Of a stretch of 64,000 bases of DNA, positions 1 to 11,315 are shown piece after piece (the first letter of the stretch is position 1; each line of letters starts with the position of its first letter). The translations under genes were made by a program, and so were the position numbers. Under the pieces are notes generated by a model. The model was not told where the DNA came from and did not search any database. It worked only from the letters and a program-made list of their open reading frames with translations. This stretch comes from Octopus vulgaris. Taxonomy: Eukaryota. The DNA lies in the NCBI GenBank assembly GCA_951406725.2, contig OX597828.1, positions 69,750,001 through 69,814,000 of the forward strand, written 5' to 3'.

Positions 1-214
1 TACAAGTCATTTTATATCCACAAGTGCACTATAAAAATACAAGAGCTACTTTTAGGCACGCACACAGGTACGATGTACTGGTGTGTATAATAAGTACATT
101 AAAACACTTCTATAAAGTACAAGTCAGAGAGGTACTTTAATAGGCACAAACACAGTGTCTCTGTGACATGATGTGATAGGGGTACAATATAACGCCCCTT
201 GTCTGAGAACTGAC

Positions 215-266
<52 letters not shown>

Positions 267-381
267 GTAGGAGGGAGAGAGAGAGAAAGAGGTAGGAGGG
301 AGAGAGAGAGAAAGAGGTAAGAGGGAGAGACAGAGAGGAAGGAGGGAGAGAGAGATGGTTTTTCTGGCAAAGGAGAATACC

Positions 382-612
382 TATTTCTTTACTACCCACA
401 AGGGGTTAAACACAAAGGGGACAAACGAGGACAGACAAACGGATCAAGTCGATTACATCGATCCCAGTGCGTAACTGGTACTTAATTTATCGACCCCGAA
501 AGGATGAAAGGCAAAGTCAACCTTGGCGGAATTTGAACTTAGAATGTAAAGACAGCTGAAATTCCGCTAAGCATTTTCGCCCGGCGTGCTAACGTTTCTG
601 CCAGCTCCCTCC
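382..612 (-). mobile_element. tRNA-derived SINE, family B (copies near 3165-3380-, 9130-9362-, 22110-22337+, 29710-30115-, 38600-38810-, 39431-39648-, 44612-44830-, 55683-55912-)
   Basis: GGCGAGCTGGCAGAA head, GAGTTCAAATTC B box, central GTCGACTTTGCCTTTCATCCTTTCGGGGTCGATAAA. TSD TGGCAAAGGAGAA at 365-377 and 616-628. Confidence 0.88.
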
Positions 613-2039
613 TTTTGGCAAAGGAGAAACCTATCAGTGTTGCTGCTGAACAAAATTTTCTCTCATGTAAGACAACCTCAATGAATGATAATAACTCGTA
701 ATTATCAGACTCAATTAACCTTTAGTCACAGGGGGTCCTCCTCTGACATAAGCAGGAGCTGTGCAAACAATTAAAGAGGGGACTCAGTTACCAATGAAAT
801 CCCAATAAAGGATTTGAAACTAATCTGGCTGAGACCTTATTTGTCCAAGAAAACAAGGTTTGGTCATGGCTAAAAATCTAGATATGGTTTGCAGTACATA
901 ATAGCATCCTTTCGGCTTTTATCGTTTACTTGTTCCAGTCATTAGACTGCGGCCATGCTGGAGCATTACCTTGAAGAATTTTTTAGTTGAATGAATTGAG
1001 CCCAGGACTGATTCTTTTTGCTCTTGTAAACCTGGTACTTATTCTATCAGTCCCTGTTGCTGAACTGCTAAGCCATGGGGATGTAAACACACCAACACTG
1101 GTTGTCAAGCAGCGGAGACACACACGCGTGCACACACACACATACAATGGACTTCTTTCAGTTTCTGTCTATCAAATCCACTTAAAAGGATTTGGTCAGC
1201 CTGAGGCTATAATAGAAGACACTTGCCAAGGTGCCATGCAGTGGGTCTGAACCTGGAACCCTCTCTCTCTTTCGGAGAGGCACAAGCACCTACACGCACA
1301 TATACACACACGGCAGTAACTTCCACCTGCCGAATTCAATCACAAAGCTTCGGTCGGCTCGGGGCTATAGTGGAAGACACCTACCCAAAGTGCCACGCAG
1401 TGGGACTGAACCCAAACCATGTAGCTCGGAAGCAAGCTCCCTAACCACACAGCCATGCCCGGTGATTCAAAAGTAAACTTCTTACCACAAAGTCACACTT
1501 GCACCAATATACAAACATAATATACATACACATATATTATGTACCTTTTACAGGAGACAGAGATTTCTGGCACAGCATGGTGGAATGCATCTTGGTTGTG
1601 ACTGCTTCAAGCAGACATCTAACATCCTCAGTATAAGCATACACACACACACACACTGGTGTGCAAACACAAACGTCTATAAAAAACCTACCTGACTGTA
1701 GAGACGGCAAGCTATTCAACAGTAACAACAACAAAGTCAACTATCACTGTAAATGAAACTAAAAACATGGTCTCCAAGCCAAAATCATAGCCAGACACTC
1801 AATACAATGAACTGGTGCATGCTGATGAGTGGTTGGTGGCAGGGAAGGCATCCAGCCATAAACACAGTGCTAAACTGGAGCATACAAGCAAGGTATGATT
1901 CGCCAAACACTCTTAGGAAAGGCAATAACTTCAAATAGAAACTGACTTGTTTAGTGATGATCAATCCTGGCTATCCAGCATGGAAAGCAGATGTAAAATG
2001 ATATTGACAAAAACTGCAACAGATCAAAGCAATGTTTGT

Positions 2040-2370
2040 TAAGTGAAAATTGCCTAAAAACTGAAGTAATCTACAAAATAAGATGGGGGATGAATCCAAC
2101 AAAAACTACAGAGTAACAGCTGGAATGTTTAAAGTCAGATATTCACAACATGAACACTCATTTCACAACATTTATGGAAAAAAATGCATCATCTCAAAGT
2201 ACATTTGGAATTTAAGGGAGGCAGGAAAAATAGAAGTTGAGTGCCACTCCTTACTTAAGTGGTACTGGGACATGTCGTGCTGTGTAGAAGACTACAAAAT
2301 AACTAAGCAACAAAACAGATGCGGTGACATCTTGTTGCAGATACCAGAACAAATTCATTTTGAAAAACAG
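2040..2370 (+). mobile_element. Penelope-like element remnant, GIY-YIG endonuclease
   Basis: SENCLKTEVIYK, then KNYRVTAGMFKVRYSQHEHSF...SKYIWNLRE...LKW, matching the PLE pattern CL...VIY / YIG.T..FKxRYxxHxxSF / SKYIWxLK. Confidence 0.75.
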
Positions 2371-2590
2371 GTTTCAACTACAAACAAGGTAAATATGTGC
2401 TGGTGCAACATTGGAAAGAATAATAATGGCAGAATGATAATGCCTACACCAACAGAACAAAAACTCAAAGTAAAACATGCATATAGACATACATACATAT
2501 ACACACACACATATATATGCATTCACTGCACAAACACACAAACATACATCCACACACACAATACACTGTATTTTAGAGAAATTGTTTTAC

Positions 2591-2761
2591 CTCTGTAAGT
2601 GAGATAATCCTGCAGGATGTCCAGCATGCGTGTCATCTGCGAAAACATCAACACTTTATGTCCAGCATTCTTCAGATGTTGTAGTAACTGATCAATTAGC
2701 TCCAACTTGCCGCTAGCATTAACCAGATGCTCTCCAATTTCAAATGGTTCCTCTTCAATAC
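2591..2761 (-). CDS. CHD1L: CHD1L exon 9 ([27 protein letters not shown]...[23 protein letters not shown]; motif IV); gene continues left of the window
   Basis: CTGTAG acceptor, G|GTAAA donor, 171 nt. EPFExGEHL..ASGKL is characteristic of CHD1L. Confidence 0.93.
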
Positions 2762-3769
2762 CTACAGAATTTGTCAATTGAAAATAATTTATTGGATCCT
2801 CTCTTTTAGAATTCCACAGAACTGATGATCCAATATTTTTAACCCAACAAAGTACAAAGCTGTTTTGTAATTTCAATTCCTTGGTTACCAAATTTCTGTT
2901 GAAGTAAACCAACTTTTTATTCATTTTGAAAAGAACAAAGAATTTAGTGAAATAAACTAAGCTAGGATTTGGAACGTGAAATTAAAATGAAATTTTGATG
3001 GAAAACTTTAGCTAAAATCATTTTACAAGATCAGGTTTGAATCATAAAACCAAGAATGGTTTAGGACAGGTTAGTTTCAGAAGGATTAAATGAATTCATA
3101 TAAAATGGTGTGTCTTGTCTAAGATACACTTCAGTAATAATAATAATGTTGCTGACTTCAGATATTCTTTTCTACTCTAGGCATAAGACCTGAAATTTTT
3201 GGGGAGGGGACCAGTCGATTAGATCGACCCCAGTACACAACTGGCACTTCATTTATCGACCCTGAAAGGATGAAAGGCAAAGTCGACCTCAGTGGAATTT
3301 GAACTCAGAATGTAAAGACGGATGAAATGCCACTAAGATTTCGCCCAGCGTACTAACGATTCTGTCAGCTCACTGTCTTAATTGACGTCAGATATTGTTG
3401 ATGTAGTTATATAGAGTGGTGCATCTTGCCTAAGCCTTAAATGCCTAGATATCACAATACAGATGGTGTTACATATGCTCATGTATCTATATGTAGAGTG
3501 GGGGGGGGTGCCTTCTGTCTGAGGTTTAGTAATTGAGACATTGTAACTCTGACGGTGCTACATTTCTTCTTGGAGCAATCACAACTGAAATGCATTTACC
3601 CATACCACTCCAAGAATGTCTGCCCCCCATCAGATCCTCAATTTCAAGTTCACTGGTCTTCATCCTTTATTAGGGAGTAGAATTATACAAAACCTACCCT
3701 GCAGTGAATAGTAGTAGTAGTAGGGTTGAGTGGAATGTGTCAATAAATCTCCTCTTTTAGTCTTGTGCT

Positions 3770-4035
3770 CATCATCATCATCGTTTAATGCCCGTTTTCC
3801 ATGCTAGCATGGGTTGGACAGTTCGACTGGGGTCTGGGAAGCCAGGAGGCTGCACCAGGCTCCAGTCTGATCTGGCAGTGCTTCTACAGCTGGATGCCCT
3901 TCCTATGCCAACCACTCCGTGAGTGTAGTGGGTGCTTTTTACGTGCCACCGGCACAGGGGCCAGGCGAGGCTGGCAACGGCCATGATCAGTTAGCGCTTT
4001 TTACGTGCCACCGCCATGGAGGCCAGTCGAGGCGT
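3770..4035 (-). mobile_element. RTE 3'UTR-only copy (other copies near 7470-7850-, 9365-9700-, 10050-10410+, 19443-19620+, 25285-25430-, 26875-27172+, 31362-31665-, 40480-40748+)
   Basis: Matches the 3' end of the long LINE (36370-36557), including AAGCACCCACTACACTC...GGAAGGGCATCCAGCTGTAGAAA...CCATGCTAGCATGG...AAACGATGATG. Confidence 0.85.
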
Positions 4036-4158
4036 ACCTTGCAATATTTCGAACCCCCATGAGGGGGTCTGTTACCCCTTTTGTTACCATATTTCTGTTG
4101 AGATGCTCTGTTTCTTTCAATTGATTTTAAATCTTGAATTGTTGTCTACAGATGTTAA

Positions 4159-4366
4159 CCCTTTCGTTATTCTCTTTTGTGTTTCTTTCAATCAATTTTA
4201 AATACAACAAAGAATTTAGTGAGGTAATTTAGTTATCATTAAGCTGGTGTTAGGAACATAAACTGAGACTAAGGTTTGGTGGAAGATTTTAATTCAGAAC
4301 TTTTGGAAACAAGACGTTCGTACTACAGAGCCAGAGGTGGTTTCAGCCAGGCTGGTATCGAAAGAG
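4159..4366. mobile_element. Same piggyBac-type MITE family, opposite orientation (older copy near 2880-3090)
   Basis: TTAA|CCCTTTCG ... CGAAAGAG|TTAA; the body matches 13920-14139. Confidence 0.8.
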
Positions 4367-4379
4367 TTAAACACACAAT

Positions 4380-4800
4380 CAAAGTGATCTGGAAGCTCCT
4401 CCTTCCCAATCCAGATTATAGGCTCCATACAGAAAAATGCTCTTGATAAATACATTGAAGAAGGCTAGGCTTGTTGATTTTGAAATAATTGCCAGACGCT
4501 CTGAAACTTGTAGCAAACACTCCGGCTTGTTTATTGTGTGACAGGAAATCTCTCTCATTGTTAAATGCAAAAGGTACTTGACTGAGGTCACTGACTTGTT
4601 CGAGTTGTGGGCCACTGCAGGAACCAACTGGTTGGCAGCTTACATTCTCATTGACAGCCACTGCACGGCACTGAGAAACAGACTGACTCTGGTGGCACCA
4701 TTCTGAAGGGATGTTAACAACTCTTGGCACATGGCACAATCAAGAAGCTGTGAGGGTGAGATCATCGACATGGTCAGGGTCTGAAGTTCTCATAACTTCT
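4380..4800 (-). mobile_element. Old, frameshifted LINE reverse-transcriptase fragment of a different family
   Basis: Across frames: TSDPDHVDDLTL (eroded DLDYADDLAL), QELLTSLQNGATRVSLFLSA, LEQVSD..KYL, FFNVFIKSIFLYGA. Confidence 0.7.
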
Positions 4801-5651
4801 ACTAAATGGGAAGGTCTTTGTGTTGCAGGGCCTAGATATTCTTTTAGGCTTTTATTTGTTTCAGTCATTTGACTGCAGCCATGCTGGAGCACTGCCTTGA
4901 AGGATGTTAGTCAAATGAATCAACCACAGCACTTCATTATTTTAAGCCTTGTACTTATTGGTCTCTTTTGCTGAACTGCTAAGTTATGAGAATGTAAACA
5001 CTAACACCAGCTGTCAAGTGGTGGTGGGAGACAAAAACACATTATATACACGACAGGCTTCTTTCAGTTTCCTATCTAGCAAATCCACTCACAAGGCTTT
5101 GCTTGGCCTGAGACAACAGAAGACACTCACCCGAAGTGCCACGCAGTGGGACTGAACCTAGAATCATGTGATTGGGAAGCAAACCTCTTACTACAGGGGC
5201 CTGCCTACACCTACGATATGTTGATGTACCTATATGTAGAGTGGTGTGTCTTGTCTAAGGTTTAAGACTCTTGTTATCATAATACTGATGGTGTTAGGTA
5301 AGTTCGGTATCTGTATAGAGTGGTGTATCTTGTCTAAGGGTCAACATTTTAGCAATTATAAAAGGTAACAATCCCAGTCCGTATTCTAAACAGCCAGGTG
5401 GACTGAGGTGAGATAGAATTAAGTATGCTGACCTTGGGACATGCTTCCTTTAGAATACCAGACCTGACCCCCATCCTGTCATGTTGGTTGGAAGGGATCA
5501 AGTTCAATCATGTGACTTCAGCAAACAGTGAAGGAAGGAATAGAAAGAGAGGAAGAAGAAAAAGGAGAGAGAGAGAGAGAGAATGAAGAGGGGAGGGGGA
5601 GAGAAAAGAAGAAATTTCAGAGTAATGTTATATATATATATATACACTCAC

Positions 5652-5759
5652 CATCAAACAAGTAAGGATGGTTAACACATTTGCGAAGCTGTATAAAAAT
5701 ATTCATCATGTTGTGTTGGCTGCGATCACCAGTTGCACAGCTGCTGTTGAGGAATGCCA
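5652..5759 (-). CDS. CHD1L: CHD1L exon 8 (MAFLNSSCATGDRSQHNMMNIFIQLRKCVNHPYLFD)
   Basis: TTTGCAG acceptor, G|GTGAG donor, 108 nt. QLRKCxNHPYLF motif. Confidence 0.92.
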
Positions 5760-6407
5760 CTGCAAATGGGGAAATAAAACAGGCAGATTTTAGTGTATTT
5801 GTGAAGGAGAAGGGCAATAGGGGGTTTGTCAGACAGAGGGAGAGAGAGTGACAGACCATCATAGAGGTAGACAAACAAAGATGTACAGGTAGATAGGCAG
5901 ACAAGCAGGTAGATAGATAGGCAGACAGACAGATAGATAGGTAGACATACATAGACTGACAGAAAACTGGGGAGGTGGCCACACAAACATAAAGGAAGGT
6001 AGATATAAAGAGAAATGTGGAAGAACAGAAAGGCAGGTAGAAGGATAGAGGGAGAGACATAGAGAGATACAGAGAAAGGTAACTAGTTAGCTGGATACCC
6101 TTCCTGTCACTAACCTTCACCTGTTTCAAAATAAGGTAATATCTTTTCCATGGCTAGACAGGTTTTCATGAAATAATGGAAATGAAGTACACCACATGTA
6201 TGACAGTGACGCTCATTTACAACCTTCACCTTCACCAAAGCAAGGAGATGCATATACATACGCATATTTTTGATGAGCTGCTTTCTGTTCCCCTCTATTA
6301 ATTCCATAAGGCTTTGGTTGGCCCGTGGCTATAGTAGAAGACACTTGTCCAATGGAACCATATGGTTGGAAACAAAACTCCTTACTACACAGCCATGTTT
6401 GTGCTAT

Positions 6408-7245
6408 ATCATCATCATCATCATTTAATGTCCATTGTCCATGCTAGCATGGGTTGGACAGTTTGACTGGGCTGGCACGCTGGAAGGCGACACCAGAATC
6501 CAGTCTGATTTGGCATGGTCTTCTGCCACTGGATGCCCTTCCTAATGCCAACCACTCCAAGAGTATAATGGGTGCTTTTATGTGCCACCAGCATGGGTGC
6601 CATTTGCGTGGCACCAGTATCTGCCATGACTGTGATTTTGCTCAGCTTGATGGGTCTTCTTCTCAAGCACAACATAATGCCAAAAGTCATGGTCATTGCC
6701 TCCTTCAGGCCCAACACTCGAAAGGAACTTGGCCATTTTGCCTCCATCAGGCCCAATGTTTGAAACAAACTCAGCCACTATGCCTCCACGAGGTCCAACG
6801 CTCAAAAGGAACTCAACCACTTTGCCTCCGTGAAGCCCAACGTTCAAAGGTTGATTTTTTACATGCTAACAGCATGGGTGCACTTGGCTTGAAGGGTCCT
6901 CTTAAGCAGAGCACATCACCAAAGGTCTCAGTCACTAGTCATTGCCTCTGTGAGGTTCATAGTTCAAAGATCATGCCTCACCACCTCGTCCCATGTCTTC
7001 CTGGGTCTACTTCTACCACAGGTTCCCTCTCACAGTTAGAGACTGGCACTTCTTTACACAGCTGTCCTCATCCATACGCATCACATGACCATACCAGCGC
7101 AGTCATCTCTCTTGCACACCACATCTGATGCCTCCTATGCCTAACTTTTCTCTCAAGATGCTTACACTCTGTTGAACATGCATGCTGTTTTAACCCATAC
7201 TCCACTGCCATGCAGCATAGCTGTTTGCACACAGACATCAAAGGC
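6408..7245 (-). mobile_element. 5'-truncated RTE LINE copy with internal short duplications
   Basis: Same 3'UTR and C-terminal remnant. The TGCCTCCGTGAGGCCCAACGCTCAAAAGG-like unit is repeated about 4 times at 6690-6850. Confidence 0.8.
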
Positions 7246-7283
7246 ATATATGTATATATATAAAGAACACAAATAGGGTTTCA

Positions 7284-7362
7284 AATTTACTACTTCTGTT
7301 TTGGAAGAATTGTATGTATTCATAGATCATATCACAGCAAAATTCTAGTCTTCAGGTAAAAT
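7284..7362 (-). ncRNA. Decayed hammerhead-like motif
   Basis: tttac CTGAAGA ..agaatt...aattct.. cAAAA (cGAAA with CpG decay) cagaag TA gtaaa. Stem I is tttac/gtaaa. Confidence 0.45.
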
Positions 7363-8183
7363 TTTAAACAGGTAAAACAAGAAAGGTAAAAACCTTGATA
7401 ATGATTTAACCAACAACCAACATAATGAATAAGTTGGATTTCGTATCTATCTATCTATATATATACACACATCATCATCGTTTAACGTCCGTTTTCCGTG
7501 CTAGCATGGGTTGGACGGTTCAACCGGGGTCTGGGAAGCCAGGAGGCTGCATCAGGCCCAGTCTGATCTGGCTGAGTTTCTACAGCTGGATGCCCTTCCT
7601 AACGCCAACCACTCCATGAGTGTAGTGGGTGCTTTTACATGCCACCAGCACAGGTGCCAGGCGAGGCTGGCAACGGCCACCATCAGTTGGTACTTTTTAC
7701 ATGCCACCAGCACAGAAGCCAGTCAAGGCAGCGCTGGCATCGGCCACGTTCGGATGGCGCTTTTTGAGTGCCACTGGCACAGGCATCACAACTACAATTT
7801 CCGTTTGATTTTTGATGTTATGTACTTGACTCAATAGGTCTCCTCAAGCTCAGTGTGTGTGTGTATATATATATATATATCATCGTCATCATCATTTAAC
7901 ATCACACACACACACGTCACACACATACATATATATATGCATAAATACCTGCAGTACACTACCAACACAACACCTTGCAGTTGTTTTTACCTCACTACGA
8001 ACTCAAAGTTATGGTATCTAGACAATCCTGGTATCCTATGAGTTGATGCGCATAGACTGTAACACAGACAGACAGACAAGCAGGCAGGCATACCATCAGT
8101 TAAACAGACAGACAGACTGGTAAGTAACCAGATAGATGAGCAGCCTCTCCAAACCTCAAATCAAGACAAAAACAGCCCCTTAC

Positions 8184-8339
8184 TGTGATCCTTGGTGAGA
8201 ATGGCTTTGTAGAGTTTCTTCTGTAATGCCGAGAGTCCATGAAAGAGAACAACTTCAGATTTGTTGGGGAGGTCAAGGACGGATTCCTTCACCCGGCGCA
8301 GCAGGAATGGTTTCAATATCTGATGCAACTCAGACGTGG
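8184..8339 (-). CDS. CHD1L: CHD1L exon 7 ([52 protein letters not shown])
   Basis: TTTTTCAG acceptor, A|GTAAG donor, 156 nt. PFLLRRxK motif. Confidence 0.93.
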
Positions 8340-9804
8340 CTGAAAAATCAAACAAGGAATTTCATGAAGGGGTTTATTTCAGTTTACATTTTTATAGGGG
8401 TCATTGCTGTTATTCTATGATTCAAAGACATTCAAGCTATAACCATGCCATTGTTTGTTTAGGGGTACACAGACATAAAGTATCTTAGGTCTTTTCTTTG
8501 TTGAAGACAGTAAGGGTTAATTTGAAGGACATCACCAGTTATTTCTAGCAGGTCATATTACCAGGTAAAATTTCAGTCTGGCTTTTTTGTTGATGTTTTA
8601 AGGGGCCAGTACTTTGGTAAATGAGAATGGATAAAGAAAGAAGAATGCAAGAATTGTTAGAACGTTGGACAAAATACTTTGCAGTAATTATTCTTGTTCT
8701 TTACATTCTGAACAATTAATTGAAGGAGTTCTTTGTTGATCTATATCTTCCCAGTTTACCATAAAAAATTTTCCACAGAAGAACTTGAACCACTAGCTCC
8801 TCCTTGTGACACCAGCAGTGACCAATAAAGGCCAACCTGTGCTTTCACATTGTCCCTCTCTGACATAGGGGATGCATTTTAATAAAGCTCTAGGCTCATT
8901 TTGTGTTGATGCCAAGAGATATTTAGAACAACATGGAGCATTCTGGTGCATGTACCATTTTAGAGTTTTCTTCATGGGAACTAGAAATGTCCATGTTATT
9001 GAATCAGAAACTAAAATTGATTCAACTAAGGGGGGGTGGGGGTAGAAGTGAAAATAGGAGCATATGCGTTTTTGATTTTCTTTAAATGGCAGAAGCTACT
9101 AAGTGATTTCAGGGCTTCATCATCATTATCTATTTCTTTATTACCCACAAGGGGCTAAACACAGAGGGGACAAACAAGGACAGACAAACAGATTAAGTCG
9201 ATTACATCGACCCCAGCACGTAACTGGTACTTATTTAATCAACCCCGAAAGGATGAAAGGCAAAGTCGACCTCGGTGGAATTTGAACTCAGAACGTAACG
9301 GCAGACGAAATACCACTAAGCATTTCGCCCGGTGTGCTAACGTTTCTGCTAGCTCGCCGCCTATCTTCATCATCATCAAACATCTGATTTCCATGCTGGC
9401 ATGGGTTGGATGGCTTGACAGGAGCTGCACCAGGTTCTATCATCTGTTCTGGCAGGATTTCTACATCTGGATGCCCTTCCTAACACCAGCCACTCTATTG
9501 AGCATACAGGGTGCTTTTAATGTGGCCCCAGCACTGGTACCAATTCTGCTGTGACGGACACATCTTCTTGAGTACAACAATGCACCGGACATGTTAGTCA
9601 TTAGCCATCTCTTTTCTAAGGCTCAGTGTCCTGAGATTAGCCTTCAATATTTTGTCCCATGACTTCCTGGTCTCCCTCTTGCACAAGTTCCATCCACTTC
9701 AAATGATTGGCACTGTGTGTGTGTGTGTGTGTGTGTGCAGATGGATGGGTCAATATAGCAAGCAAGATAAACAGACAAATGGATATGGATAGATAAGGGT
9801 TTAC

Positions 9805-9961
9805 CTTTTTTGTCGGTTTGCGTTTGAAATTTCTCAACAAAATAATTCTTCAGTTTCATAGGAAATATGAGTTCAGAGACAAAATTTAACAAGGAAAATA
9901 GTTCTTGGAGATTATTCTGGACTGGTGTCCCTGTCAGCAGGATCCTTTGGTGGACATTCAA
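9805..9961 (-). CDS. CHD1L: CHD1L exon 6 (LNVHQRILLTGTPVQNNLQELFSLLNFV...; motif III)
   Basis: TTCCAG acceptor, G|GTAAA donor, 157 nt. LLTGTPxQNNLxEL SNF2 motif. Confidence 0.93.
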
Positions 9962-10534
9962 CTGGAACAGATATCAGTAACCATTTTGAACACACATTTC
10001 ATGACCCCATGAAATACATTTCAAATACATATTCAAAAGTTATCGAAAAGTAATCGAAATCGATCAAAAATCAATGGAAATTGTAGTTGTGATACCTGTG
10101 CTGGTGGCACGTAAAAGAACCATCCGAACGTGGCAGTTGCCAGCGCCGCCTCGACTGGCCTCCGTGCCAGTGGCACATAAAAAGCACCACCCGATCGTGG
10201 CCGTTGCCAGCCTCGCCTGGCACCTGTGCTGGTGGCACTAAAAAGCACCCACTACACTCACGGAGTGGTTGGCATTAGAAAGGGCATCCAGCTGTAGAAA
10301 CACTGCCAGATCAGACTGGGCCTGGTGCAGCCTCCTGGCTTCCCAGACCCCAGTTGAACCGTCCAACCCATGCTAGCACAGAAAATGGACGTTAAACGAT
10401 GATGATGATGAAAAGTCAACAAGAAACACACCTCACAACAGCCACGAATATTTCACAATCATACACACATCACAACTACAAACATTTCTCTGACTCCAAT
10501 GACCCTGACCACATTCTTTCAAACACTGACCACA

Positions 10535-10715
10535 CACACAAGGACACTGATCTCTCTGTGTGTGTAAGTAACCTTCCTGTGATCCCACTATATCTCGTGT
10601 GTCCATAGCTAGCACTGGGAACTCCGAGTTCCATATTCAGTACAAACTATGGGATCACAAGAGATACAGTGGAATCACAGGAAGCTTAACAGAGAGAAGC
10701 AGTCTTTGGATGTGG
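10535..10715. repeat. Imperfect hairpin
   Basis: CTTCCTGTGATCCCACTATATCTCGTG pairs with CACAAGAGATACAGTGGAATCACAGGAAG. Confidence 0.7.
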
Positions 10716-10868
10716 GAGACACACAGGAGTAATACATGCTAAAGACATACAGAAAATAGATTTTCTCAAATGTCCAGGAGGTTCCCTAAGAGACCTGATT
10801 AGCAGTGGAGGAGAATGTTCTGAAAGTATAGTCATTAGAATAAGAAGAGGATGGAGAAAGTTCAGAGA

Positions 10869-11315
10869 TTGTTTGCCAACATAACATGGCAGTCCTGGTT
10901 TAGGACGAATGCTGCTGTAATTTAGCCCCAGGAGACATTGTCTGCAACTGGTTATATGACATGATCTGTGTCCTTATATTTTCAAACAAGGGAATCTAGC
11001 ACCCCCACTCAGCTCAAAACAATATCCAGAAATCACAATTTCCAGGTTATTTCCTTTCATCAGCACAGAGTAACTTGGAAATCACGATGCACGGATATTG
11101 TTTTGAGCTGAGTGGGGGTGCTAGATTCCCTTGTTTGAAAATATAAGGACACAGATCATGTCATATAACCAGCTGGAGACGATGTCTCCTGGGGCTAAAT
11201 TACAGCAACATTCGTCCTAAACCAGGACTGCCATGTTATGTTGGCAAACAATCTTTACTCCAAAGTACTGTTGCTGAATGTCTCTCCTTGTGAGATTTAA
11301 AAATAGTAATTTTCT
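10869..11315. mobile_element. Fold-back Penelope-type insert with a hammerhead-like core in the loop and a 12-bp TSD
   Basis: Arms 10866-11027 and 11093-11254 (about 4 mismatches). AAAGTTCAGAGA is duplicated at 10857-10868 and 11316-11327. Confidence 0.8.
11026..11068 (-). ncRNA. Hammerhead-like core in the fold-back loop
   Basis: Minus strand: ctgtg CTGATGA a AGG aaataa CCT g GAAA ttgtga TT. The opposite arm retains tcacga..cacgg, which completes stems III and I. Confidence 0.55.
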
